32,000 bases of DNA, taken from an uncultured archaeon. GTDB lineage: Archaea; Asgardarchaeota; Thorarchaeia; Thorarchaeales; Thorarchaeaceae. The DNA lies in assembly GCA_964354495.1 (NCBI GenBank), contig CAYHAA010000008.1, positions 50,954 to 82,953 of the forward strand, given 5' to 3'. A program made the translations under genes and the position numbers. Below the pieces are notes generated by a model, which was not told the origin of the DNA, made no database searches, and worked only from the letters and a program-made list of their open reading frames with translations. This document shows, piece after piece, positions 9,254 through 18,341 of the stretch. The number at the start of each line of letters is the position of its first letter. Position 1 is the stretch's first letter.

Positions 9254-10606
9254 TTGGTGTCGACAAAAGATAGGATCTGCTTAACCTCATCAGACTCAAG
9301 AAGCCAAACACATTCAGCTGTTGTGGGAGAGGAGATTCTAAACAACCTCGGAGTGGTTGATGGGATGAGTCATATCTCATACCCGAGCACTGGGGCTTGG
9401 AGAATCGACACTCTGTCCTTTCAAGAGAGTAGGATGACGAAACTGATTCTCAAACGACCCGAGACTTCTGTTTTTCCCATCTCTGCAAGATTCAGCAACG
9501 AACATCTAACAGGTGAAGCAATTTGCGAATTGTCAGATGGCACTCCAGCAATCACCCTTGAGGATCAGACACTCAAGTTCGGATTTGATCCCTTTGCAAT
9601 GTATATTGCATCTTTGCAAGAGGGATTTCGGAGTAGTAGGATTAGTGCGCTCAAGCAGTCAGCGCTCATGATATACTGGTATATGCCACCAGTTGTGAGG
9701 AGAGGAGTGAGCAAGTTTTCAAGGAGCCATGAAACATCTCATGTGCGCTGTCTGAAAGACATAGGTGTACTCGGAATATGCAACAATGTGATAGTGCACC
9801 TGATAGAGCAGCATATGCTTGAGATTGGATTGTTGAAAAGACACACAGAGTCCTCTTTTGCCGTTATCACGCATGATATTGACACAGATTTCTGTCAGAA
9901 AGAGGGCAGGGAGCTAATCGCATCAATAGAAGAGAAGGAGAATGTTAAGGCCACATGGTTTTTCGTCCCCAGGTCTGTTCAATATTCTTTGGATACAAGA
10001 GGAGTACAGTGTTTAACAGAAGAAGGACATGAGATTGGGATGCATGGCTATTCTCACAGTGGAAAACTTGCACTCTACAATGCCAAAAACCTTGCCAAGC
10101 AACTACGAAAGGGCAAGAGAATCTTGGAGTCTACTGGAGCCGATGTGCAGTCTTTCCGGAGCCCGTATACCCTACGGTCACCACTCCTCCTCCCGACATT
10201 GGTAGATGAGGGGTTCGAGATCGATTCAAGCTATATGGACGCGAAAACGTTTGGCGTGGCAGGTGGACTCAAGGGCTTGTCGTATAATAGACCCTTCAGG
10301 CCACCAAGTTATCAAAACAAATCACTCTCTAAGTTTCTACCACTCTGGGAAGTACCAATCGCATGCCCTCAAGATGTTCATCTCATAGAGAGCCTTAGGT
10401 TCACAAATGAGCAGGTGCTCAAGATGTGGAGCTATAAGGCAGACTTCTGTATGGATTTTGGAGGTGTTCTTGTCCTTTTGACTCATCCAGTTCACATAGT
10501 CAAGCGCATTGATGCCTTTGTTCAACTACTCAAGAACCTAAAAGCGAAGGGATTCCGAATCGTGCCTCTGAAGGACTTGCCGCATTCCACGGGGAAAGAG
10601 TGTTAA
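9254..10606 (+). CDS. Polysaccharide deacetylase (CE4/NodB) with N-terminal extension
   Basis: Intact motifs ITHDID, ATWFF, HEIGMHGYSH, FRSPY, DSS, LWEVP, LTHP. Start position uncertain (TTG). Confidence 0.85.
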   Translation: MVSTKDRICLTSSDSRSQTHSAVVGEEILNNLGVVDGMSHISYPSTGAWRIDTLSFQESRMTKLILKRPETSVFPISARFSNEHLTGEAICELSDGTPAITLEDQTLKFGFDPFAMYIASLQEGFRSSRISALKQSALMIYWYMPPVVRRGVSKFSRSHETSHVRCLKDIGVLGICNNVIVHLIEQHMLEIGLLKRHTESSFAVITHDIDTDFCQKEGRELIASIEEKENVKATWFFVPRSVQYSLDTRGVQCLTEEGHEIGMHGYSHSGKLALYNAKNLAKQLRKGKRILESTGADVQSFRSPYTLRSPLLLPTLVDEGFEIDSSYMDAKTFGVAGGLKGLSYNRPFRPPSYQNKSLSKFLPLWEVPIACPQDVHLIESLRFTNEQVLKMWSYKADFCMDFGGVLVLLTHPVHIVKRIDAFVQLLKNLKAKGFRIVPLKDLPHSTGKEC

Positions 10607-11097
10607 AAGAACCAGCAAGAAAAAAAGCAGAGCTCGTCGAATAACCAGTATGGAGTCAAATCAGGAGGTGTCTGAAATCACAACAAGCATCGCGTTCATA
10701 GGGATTGAGATACAGGATACTGACTCAATTGTGTGTTATTGGTACCGATTTTCTGACGAGACTGTCCTTCTTTGAGAAGTATCTTCTATCTTACTGTCTG
10801 ATTAGTGTGAAATTGATATCGATTTTCTGGAAAGTATGTCCCTATTTGAGAGAATCGTACAAATTAAGGGGCGGAGAATTTTCCTAGAACACTTTATTAT
10901 AGGTTACAGCTGCGTTCTCTGAGCCGGGTAACCTCGCAAATTGGAGAGAGATGCCCGCGGTATCGCACATATCGCGTGGAAGGGATGCGACTTACAGGAG
11001 AGACAGCGGCAGTCTAAGTGAGTGTGAGAGCTCACTAGTAATGGCACTGGTATTCGGCAATTCGCATCTCACGCGAATCACCAAGGTGATTCCTGAG

Positions 11098-12294
11098 ATG
11101 TACAAGGGAATGAGAGTAGCGGCTATAGTACCTGCACATAATGAGGAGCGTCTGATTGGACGGACAATCTGGCCCGTACCTGAAGTTGTAGATACAATAT
11201 ATGTCGTTGATGACGGCAGCAAAGATAGGACTGCAGAGATGGTCAGACATTATGCAAGCTTTGATTATAGAATCCGTCTGATACAGCATATTATCAATAG
11301 AGGCGTAGGAGCAGCCATCATCACAGGCTACCGTCATGCCTACGTGGACGGACATGATATATTCGTCGTTGTAGGCGGTGATGCACAGATGGACTGGCTC
11401 GATCTCGATAATCTGCTCAAACCCATAGCAGAAGGGAGGGCAGACTACACCAAGGGTAATCGTTTCATCTATGGGCATTCAAAGAACTCTCCAGGGAACG
11501 CATGGCGCGAGATGCCATCAAGAAGACTTCTTGGCAATATCACCCTCTCCGTCATGACGAAGCTTGCCTCAGGGTATTACCACATAAGCGACTCGCAGAT
11601 GGGTTACACGTCAATGCATAGACGTGTGTTCCCTCTTGTTGACTGGAGCAAAGCCCGCAAGGGCTACGGCTACCCAGCTGAGTGGCTAATGAGGTTCCAC
11701 TCACTGGGTGTACGTGTGCATGATGTCCCTGTTCGTGCGATATACTTACGTAATGAGAAACAGACTCAAATCCGTGTAAGACGATTCGTTTTCTACATGA
11801 TGGGCATCATTGTCAAAGGAGGCCTTGAACGCCTGAATCGAGAATATGTGTTTGGAAGGTGGCCTCTGCCAAAGATCTCGATGCCGATGATAGGCGTTCA
11901 GATTGGCAATCTCTTCAGACAGCTAAACCTTAGAATTGCAAGTATGAGAATCTTGAGCCGGTTCTCGGGATTGCTTAGTTTCAGACGAATATTCAGTAGA
12001 GCCCGATCGTTTCCAAAGGTGCTCTTGCAGACAGACAGGCTGAAGCTGGCGCTGGGTCCGAAACAGAACAAACATCCCCTCAACATATATGGTGGACAGG
12101 TCAAGAACACCCCCATCGACTTTAGTGTTGGGACGCAGGTCAACAAAATCCTAAGGGAGACATCTCGCATTGCCTTTGAGAGAGCTCCTTCAGGAGAACA
12201 GATGAGTAACTCAATCGAGAACCTCCGAACCAACTTTGAGAGAGTTGGCAAAACGATACGGGATCTGTTTTCGAAGACAGAAACAGCTAGCTAG
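11098..12294 (+). CDS. GT2 glycosyltransferase (polyprenol-phosphate sugar synthase-like) with long basic C-terminal tail
   Basis: IVPAHNEE, VVDDGSKD, NRGVGAA, GGDAQ (DxD region), KGNRF, DSQMGY, YGYP. Start moved to ATG 11098, which follows an AAGGTGA RBS. Confidence 0.9.
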   Translation: MYKGMRVAAIVPAHNEERLIGRTIWPVPEVVDTIYVVDDGSKDRTAEMVRHYASFDYRIRLIQHIINRGVGAAIITGYRHAYVDGHDIFVVVGGDAQMDWLDLDNLLKPIAEGRADYTKGNRFIYGHSKNSPGNAWREMPSRRLLGNITLSVMTKLASGYYHISDSQMGYTSMHRRVFPLVDWSKARKGYGYPAEWLMRFHSLGVRVHDVPVRAIYLRNEKQTQIRVRRFVFYMMGIIVKGGLERLNREYVFGRWPLPKISMPMIGVQIGNLFRQLNLRIASMRILSRFSGLLSFRRIFSRARSFPKVLLQTDRLKLALGPKQNKHPLNIYGGQVKNTPIDFSVGTQVNKILRETSRIAFERAPSGEQMSNSIENLRTNFERVGKTIRDLFSKTETAS

Positions 12295-12537
12295 ATTGTA
12301 TCCCTAGATCATATCCGCATTTGCTGCATTCTCCATCAACACTGGTAGCAGCATTCCTTGATGACAGTGCGTGCCACTCGTAACACAGAGCACCGCAGTT
12401 AGGGCACACAGTATCCTCAAGCCCTCTGACATCAGCATTGCCAACACATACGAACTGTAGTCCTAGGTGGAATGGTCGAAGAAGAATTAGGGATGTGCGA
12501 AGGCATTTGAGAAACTTACGCAGCTCAGGTCTACTGC

Positions 12538-13749
12538 CTAGTTCTTGCGGTCGAGGCTGAAGAAGAGGAGTAGTGGTACTATAAAGATCAGGACAGACGC
12601 CAATACGAACGCGAAGGTGTAGCTATGGCCACCAAAAGCCAAGAGTACACCGAGGACCAATGGTCCTGAGGAGTGTCCAACATCCATTATCGTACTGAGC
12701 AGACCCAGAGCAGATCCCTTCAATGATGAGTCTACCCTTTCGGTCACAAGCGGGGATGTTGTGGAATCGGTAGATGCAATCGCTAGCGCAATCGGGACCA
12801 CAAGAATGACCTGAAGCACGAAGTTGGTCACCGCAGAGGCTAGGGCAACTAGGATACAGAGACACCCCAGGCCACCCACAATGAATGGGAAGCGGCTGCT
12901 TCTATCGGAGGCTCGGCCTATGATGGGACCTGCTATCAGTATGGTGACTGTCAGGAGTGTGAACATCGGACCTGCAAACCACTCTGGAATGCCCACGACC
13001 TCATTCCAGAAGAGAGGCATGAAGAACTCGTACGCACCATAGAGAAAGTAGGTGGCAGCCTGCGCTGCACAGATGAGCAGGACATCGCGCCTGATGACTT
13101 CCCTCGTTGGTCTTCGAGTGACGGCCTTGCTAGAGATGCTCGTAGGCTCCGTGGCACCTCCCGTTCTTATCGGCAGTATTATGGTCAGTGCCAAGACAGT
13201 CATGCCGAATAGCCCACAGACTAGGTAGATACCTCGATAGACGTCGATTCCGAACGACTCAAACGCCGGCACGGCGAATAGGAATCCACCCAGAAGGGGT
13301 GCAAGAGTGCGACCAGCACGCGTAGACGAGGAGTAGAGAGCCATCCGTTCTCCACGTTGGTTTCCGAACCAACCTGCAACTAGTGCGAGCGCGACTGGAC
13401 CTAGTATAGCAGTAGCGGTCCCGTGAATGAAGCGGACAACAACAAGCTGCAGAGCAGTGGACACCCAGAAGTACAGGAAAGGCACAAACGCGAAGAGTCC
13501 GGCCGCCGCCCAGAGCAGCATCTTGGGACCCTTGCGGTCCATCAGAATCCCGATTGGAGCACTGACCAGTACGCCAGTGGCAGGCGACGCGGCCCCGATG
13601 AGGCCCAACTCTTCATCTGTGGCTCCAAGGGCAGATGCGAAATACGGAAGAACCGGAGACTTGGCCATTGTCGTACTGAATATAGCAAGCGCACCTAGAA
13701 TACAGAGTAGCAGCATCTTGCGTGCTACCTGAGGCGAGTCTGTGCTCAT
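12538..13749 (-). CDS. MFS transporter
   Basis: About 12 TM helices, motif A-like GILMDRKGPK and GRASDRSSR. ATGA overlap with the upstream ChrB-like gene. Confidence 0.93.
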   Translation of the reverse strand: MSTDSPQVARKMLLLCILGALAIFSTTMAKSPVLPYFASALGATDEELGLIGAASPATGVLVSAPIGILMDRKGPKMLLWAAAGLFAFVPFLYFWVSTALQLVVVRFIHGTATAILGPVALALVAGWFGNQRGERMALYSSSTRAGRTLAPLLGGFLFAVPAFESFGIDVYRGIYLVCGLFGMTVLALTIILPIRTGGATEPTSISSKAVTRRPTREVIRRDVLLICAAQAATYFLYGAYEFFMPLFWNEVVGIPEWFAGPMFTLLTVTILIAGPIIGRASDRSSRFPFIVGGLGCLCILVALASAVTNFVLQVILVVPIALAIASTDSTTSPLVTERVDSSLKGSALGLLSTIMDVGHSSGPLVLGVLLAFGGHSYTFAFVLASVLIFIVPLLLFFSLDRKN

Positions 13750-14288
13750 TTCATTGGTCCGGCCTTGATAGTACGAGGTAGTTGTTGTCTGAGTTGCGCG
13801 TGGAGCAGACGAAAGGCATCCTCGCGCGATTTCCCTTCAGTCTTGTCTTTCAGCTTTTGTCGGAGCGTCCTCAGCAGCAGGCCTGCATATATGGAGTCAC
13901 ATGTGATGAAGCCTCTTTCGAGTGCTTGGTAGTCATCGTCACTCGCGAAGGCAAGACCGCTGAGGGTAAGCTCAACTCCCCGAGCCTCTGGCGTCTTGTC
14001 AATGTCTTTCTCGACATCAGCTCCGTGAATTATTGCAGCCATCTCCGAAAGAATGGGATCTTGCAGACCATAGTGATCAATCAGCACCTCGAATGTACAC
14101 TTTCCCTCGTGGTGGGTGAAAGGGATATCCATATCGGGAAAGTCGAAAGGAGTGCCATCACCAGCATTCAGAGCAGTCCCAGGCCAGACTACGAACTTGA
14201 ACTCCGCCTTTGGGTCGATGAAGCGACGAATGAGCCAAGGGCAGGCCACACGATCCACATGGACATGAGCACGCGTCACCCATTTCAT
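13746..14288 (-). CDS. Chromate-resistance ChrB C-terminal-domain (ChrF-like) protein
   Basis: MKWVTR..VHVDRVACPWLIRRFIDP.AEF, FD, H..GKCTFEVL, IIHGAD, PEA.G. Start set at the MKWVTR ATG. Confidence 0.88.
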   Translation of the reverse strand: MKWVTRAHVHVDRVACPWLIRRFIDPKAEFKFVVWPGTALNAGDGTPFDFPDMDIPFTHHEGKCTFEVLIDHYGLQDPILSEMAAIIHGADVEKDIDKTPEARGVELTLSGLAFASDDDYQALERGFITCDSIYAGLLLRTLRQKLKDKTEGKSREDAFRLLHAQLRQQLPRTIKAGPMK

Positions 14289-14346
14289 TTTGTTCACAAT
14301 GCCGCCAACGACACGGACACTCATAAATTCAACGGGCCTGATTGGT

Positions 14347-15318
14347 CTACCTGACAGCTGATTCGTCAATCGTTATCTGTTTCTTAGTCGCGTCGAGGGT
14401 GGCCTTGCAGCCAATTGGCAAGACATAATTCTCCACGTAGTGACCGAGCTCACCTATCTCAAGAACTGGGAAATCATAATCCCTAGTTTCCTCGAGAAAG
14501 GCATCACTGACTGGGCGACCTAGCTCTTTCTCCTCAAGTTCGCTGCCCTCAAACCATCCAAGGATTACACCTGCGACTTGGTCAAATACCCCATGCAGCC
14601 TGAGAGCTGCTACGAAGCTGTTTGTGTGTCCCACATTGTCAGTTCCCTCGAGAAAGAGAACTGCGCCCTTGAAGTCGGGGCCGTAACCAGCCAGTATTGC
14701 ATTGGCAAGAATCCTGATATGCCCTCCTACGAGTCGCCCTGTGCTTTTTCCTTTTCGAAGGCATCTCCACCCAGGGTATTTGATGTCTGGCCTCAACTGG
14801 TGCTGCCAGTCTTGATTCGGTCGTAGTTCTATAGGCTTTCCATCGAAGAAGGTGCTCTTGATGTTCTTCTCGATCTGAGGGGACATTTTCTGACCGAAGG
14901 TATAGATGAGGTCTGGACCGTGAAACGTCACGAGACCGGTTCTAGCGTGGACTGCATTCAGCAAAACAGTCCCATCGGAGATCCCTGAGAATATCTTGGG
15001 ATTGTCTCGAAGCAAGTCATAGTCGATGCCATCCAGAAGTTGGTTGGCTGTATTCCCTCCCTGTGCCATCAACACCCACCTCACCTCGGGGTCTGCCCAG
15101 AGAGTGTGCAGGTCCTGCAGCCTCTCCTTGCGAGTACCGGAGCTGTAATAGTACTGACCAAGCGTGTGCTCTGCGATTTTGACATTGAGTCCAAGTGACT
15201 TGAGTTTCTCTACACCTAAGTCGAACTTCTCACGCGTGTCCTGTGTGACGGGCCATGAGGGAGAGAACACTCCAACAGAGTCGCCTGCCTGCAGTTTCGG
15301 GGGCTTGATGAGATCCAT
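14347..15318 (-). CDS. S66 family peptidase (LD-carboxypeptidase/MccF-like)
   Basis: PPKLQAGD.VGVFSPS, GGNTA, NPKIFSGISD (Ser nucleophile), HGP, LFLE (Glu), GH (His). Confidence 0.92.
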   Translation of the reverse strand: MDLIKPPKLQAGDSVGVFSPSWPVTQDTREKFDLGVEKLKSLGLNVKIAEHTLGQYYYSSGTRKERLQDLHTLWADPEVRWVLMAQGGNTANQLLDGIDYDLLRDNPKIFSGISDGTVLLNAVHARTGLVTFHGPDLIYTFGQKMSPQIEKNIKSTFFDGKPIELRPNQDWQHQLRPDIKYPGWRCLRKGKSTGRLVGGHIRILANAILAGYGPDFKGAVLFLEGTDNVGHTNSFVAALRLHGVFDQVAGVILGWFEGSELEEKELGRPVSDAFLEETRDYDFPVLEIGELGHYVENYVLPIGCKATLDATKKQITIDESAVR

Positions 15319-15372
15319 GTGATTCCCTCCGACTTTCGATAGGCTGCTAATGGCTGTCCCTTCTACGTTGGG

Positions 15373-16665
15373 CTATGCGTCTTTCTTTGTGCCTCTTCCT
15401 GTTTCAGGGATTGTCAGGACCAAGAGAGTGGAAACCGCCATCACTATCACTAGATAGAGGATTGAGTAGAAGTAAGAGCCTCCCACCCTGAACAGCTCCA
15501 GCAGGACTGTCCCGAGGAACCCACCAAGGTTGCCGAACCAGAACGCCAGTCCCGTGCTTGCGCCTGATAGTTCTGGACCAACTGATTTCAGTTCCTCGAC
15601 CACAGAGAGGGCTATTGGCATCACAGCAATGAGGAAGAATCCCAGAATCGCAGATGTGAGGTACGTGAGCTCGAGTACAGTACTAGTACCCAGAACAAGA
15701 GTTGCAGCCGTACCGACTACCATAGACATCACAAGGAAGGGCTTCCTCTTTCGTATCTTGTCTGATATCCCGGGGACGATGACCGCTCCCAATATTCCGA
15801 AGACCAGCAGAAGAATCATGACAATCGCCGGACTCCCTAGGCCTGCGGACACCGGGATTCCAAGACTCAGAAGCAGCTCCTCAATGACTGCAGTCAGTCC
15901 GATGAAGATGCCAAAGCCTGCAAAGAATCCGAATGAGATGATCCACACATTCCTGTCTCTCAGCATGCCTCTGACACTCGGTTTTCGTTCTGCAAGTACA
16001 ACGATGTCAGGAGGTTTCGGTGGCTTGTTGCGTGCGATGGCAAAGAAAAGCACTGTGAGTGCCAAGGCAGCTACAGCATCAATCTGAAGTATCCAGACCA
16101 GATTCGCTTGAGCAAGGGGAACAGTATAGCCTGGTGCACCATAGAGGGGTGCAGTCCAGAGAACCATGCTCAGTGCAGTTCCCAAGAGCATTCCAAGAAG
16201 CATGAAGAGTGTGCCGACTCCAGTCGAGAGCCCTCGTTCACTCTTTGGAAACCAGCTGACGCTGAGATAGACAATGCAGTTCTGAATCATGACTGAACCG
16301 ATTGAGAGCCCGAACTGGCAAATGAATATCATCGTGAAGTCGTTCACGAGAAATATCCTGAGTACGCCGAAAAGGGTCTGGATGATTGCACCTGTACCAG
16401 CCACCATGACAAGTCCTTTTCGGTCAGCTAGCAATCCTACTGGTATAGAGAGGATTATGAATGCAAGAGGCTGAGACGCCGTCAGAAGAACAACTCCCGG
16501 GTCGCCAGGAGCGAGCCCGAGAACAGGCGTCACCTCGTTTCTTATCAACGAGAATACAAGCCACATCATCTGGCCGACCATAAAGATCAGACCAAAGACA
16601 AGAAGAACAGCCCAACGATACCCGTAGACCTGAGTCTTCGCAGCCTCATCCAATGCCATATTCAA
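15373..16665 (-). CDS. MFS transporter (FLVCR-like)
   Basis: VYGYRWAVL, GLLADRKG, WFPKSERG, GISDKIRKRKP, about 12 TM helices. Confidence 0.92.
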   Translation of the reverse strand: MNMALDEAAKTQVYGYRWAVLLVFGLIFMVGQMMWLVFSLIRNEVTPVLGLAPGDPGVVLLTASQPLAFIILSIPVGLLADRKGLVMVAGTGAIIQTLFGVLRIFLVNDFTMIFICQFGLSIGSVMIQNCIVYLSVSWFPKSERGLSTGVGTLFMLLGMLLGTALSMVLWTAPLYGAPGYTVPLAQANLVWILQIDAVAALALTVLFFAIARNKPPKPPDIVVLAERKPSVRGMLRDRNVWIISFGFFAGFGIFIGLTAVIEELLLSLGIPVSAGLGSPAIVMILLLVFGILGAVIVPGISDKIRKRKPFLVMSMVVGTAATLVLGTSTVLELTYLTSAILGFFLIAVMPIALSVVEELKSVGPELSGASTGLAFWFGNLGGFLGTVLLELFRVGGSYFYSILYLVIVMAVSTLLVLTIPETGRGTKKDA

Positions 16666-16893
16666 TCTCTCCTAACTCAAGGCGAATTATGCTTCAAAAT
16701 ATGAGGAAGCCTTGCCTAAATCAGTTCCGACTCATCATTTCCTGACCTGAATCATATCACTCAGACAACGAGATCACGTCCTGCTGGCATTCAATCGTGA
16801 CATTATGGCGCACTAATCGTGACAGTCTACGGAAAGACGTTTTAGGATGAGCTGCACATTTGTAATCTGGGATGCAAGGGACAGGGATAGAAG

Positions 16894-17325
16894 ATGACAG
16901 AACCTAAGACTCATATGAGAACAGCCCTGGTTGGCTGGATTGTCGTGGGCTGGCTGCTTACAATGGTTGTGGCAATCCTGTGGATTCTGACAGACCCGAT
17001 TACGACACTGGTCATAGCCCTTGGCATCGGATTGGGGATTGGCATTGCCTTCATCATCATAATGAATGAGGCTCTGATTCTGACCACAATTCAGACACTC
17101 CAGAATGCGGGCGAGAGCATAGTACGACTGATGAGTCTACGCAAGAACATGAGAGCGATTTTGGCAATATGGATCTTTGCGCTCTTCACACTGGTCGTGG
17201 TGATGACCGTATTCAATCAGCTAGATCTGGAGAAGTTCGGTGCAATCATGGGTGTCCTGGGCAGCTTCGTTGCCTCTGTGGTTGCATACTACTTCGCTGC
17301 AAACAGAACTGAAGCAACACCATGA
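16894..17325 (+). CDS. Small four-TM hypothetical membrane protein
   Basis: 143 aa with four hydrophobic segments ending VVAYYF. Purine-rich sequence upstream of the ATG. Confidence 0.7.
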   Translation: MTEPKTHMRTALVGWIVVGWLLTMVVAILWILTDPITTLVIALGIGLGIGIAFIIIMNEALILTTIQTLQNAGESIVRLMSLRKNMRAILAIWIFALFTLVVVMTVFNQLDLEKFGAIMGVLGSFVASVVAYYFAANRTEATP

Positions 17326-17434
17326 TGTGAGGAGTTACCTTGCTACAGCTAGTATGTACTATCAGCATGCTTTCTTAATACACCTGACAACTATTCCGCA
17401 TGTCGGCTAATTGTGACTCATCAACACACTTAAA

Positions 17435-17448
17435 TGAATCTGGATTCA
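17435..17448. promoter_or_regulatory. Palindromic operator TGAATC-TG-GATTCA upstream of mrp
   Basis: Perfect 6-2-6 inverted repeat directly after TTAAA (17430-17434). Recurs twice at 20541 and 20566. Confidence 0.8.
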
Positions 17449-17491
17449 AAATCACTAATAGAGCCTGAACCCATGAGGGTGATGAAACCAG

Positions 17492-18322
17492 ATGACAGCG
17501 AGTGCTGAGCAAAGAGAGAGTATGATTCAACCCGAAATCAGGGAGCGAATGAAACATATCAAACACAAGGTTGTAGTGCTATCTGGGAAGGGAGGGGTCG
17601 GAAAGAGCACAGTCTCCGCGAACCTAGCCATGGCGTTCATCAAGTCGGGCGCAAGCGTCGGCATACTCGATGTCGACATATATGGTCCGAGCATTCCAAA
17701 GATACTCGGTCTCGAAGGGGAGCATCCGAATGTTTCAGGCAAGTCCCTCATGCCTGTGTCAGGTCCACTTGGAGTCAAGGTCATGAGTATGGGATTTCTG
17801 CTAAGGAATGCGGATGATGCAGTGGCATGGCGTGGACCTCTTGTTGCAAAGGCAATCACTCAGTTCCTCGGTGATGTGGAGTGGGGCGCCCTCGATGTGC
17901 TAGTGGTTGACCTGCCGCCAGGAACGGGGGACGAGATACTGAGCATTCTTCAGTCAATCCCGGGGGTCGATGGTACGTTGATAATCTCCACTCCACAAGA
18001 GGTCGCGGTTCTCGGCGCACGAAGAGCTATTCAGCTCACACAGAAGATGGGTGTTGGTGTACTAGGCGTTGTGGAGAACATGGGTGAGTACGTATGCCCA
18101 AAGTGCGGAGAGCGCTACAGGATGTTCAGGGAGGGTGCAGTCGAGCGAGCTGCGAGTGATTACGGAGTGCCATATCTAGGGTCATTGCCCTTGGACCCAA
18201 GGATTGGGAACATGTCAGACGAGGGGACCCCGTTCGTCATAGCTGCTCCAGATTCAGAGTCGACCAAAGCGTTTCTAGCATTGACCGAGCGGATTGGCGT
18301 CCAGATCGGGCTTCGGAAGTAA
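17492..18322 (+). CDS. mrp: Mrp/NBP35 (ApbC) Fe-S cluster carrier ATPase
   Basis: SGKGGVGKSTV, DVDIYGPSIP, MSMGFLL, WRGP, DLPPGTGD, STPQ, VENMG..CPKCG. Confidence 0.96.
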   Translation: MTASAEQRESMIQPEIRERMKHIKHKVVVLSGKGGVGKSTVSANLAMAFIKSGASVGILDVDIYGPSIPKILGLEGEHPNVSGKSLMPVSGPLGVKVMSMGFLLRNADDAVAWRGPLVAKAITQFLGDVEWGALDVLVVDLPPGTGDEILSILQSIPGVDGTLIISTPQEVAVLGARRAIQLTQKMGVGVLGVVENMGEYVCPKCGERYRMFREGAVERAASDYGVPYLGSLPLDPRIGNMSDEGTPFVIAAPDSESTKAFLALTERIGVQIGLRK

Positions 18323-18341
18323 CAATGAACTGGTAGTTGCC

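Noticed and set aside
10620-10626. A7 tract after the deacetylase stop as a terminator
   Set aside because: It would be a U-tract only on the minus strand, where no supported gene ends.
10951-11097. N-terminal extensions called by the ORF track (also 18294, 19072, 20069, 21469, 24880)
   Set aside because: Family homology begins at downstream ATGs, some with better RBS spacing. The extensions look non-conserved.
13782-14354. 190-aa plus-strand ORF
   Set aside because: Antisense shadow of the well-supported ChrB-like gene, with no motifs.
14347-15318. Peptidoglycan synthesis inferred from S66 plus FemAB plus deacetylases
   Set aside because: No mur, mraY or PBP genes are in the window, and all three families have known non-peptidoglycan roles.
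15530-16087. 185-aa plus-strand ORF (also 13423-13732)
   Set aside because: Antisense shadows of MFS genes. The Ser/Thr/Ala-rich composition is typical of the reverse of hydrophobic codons.
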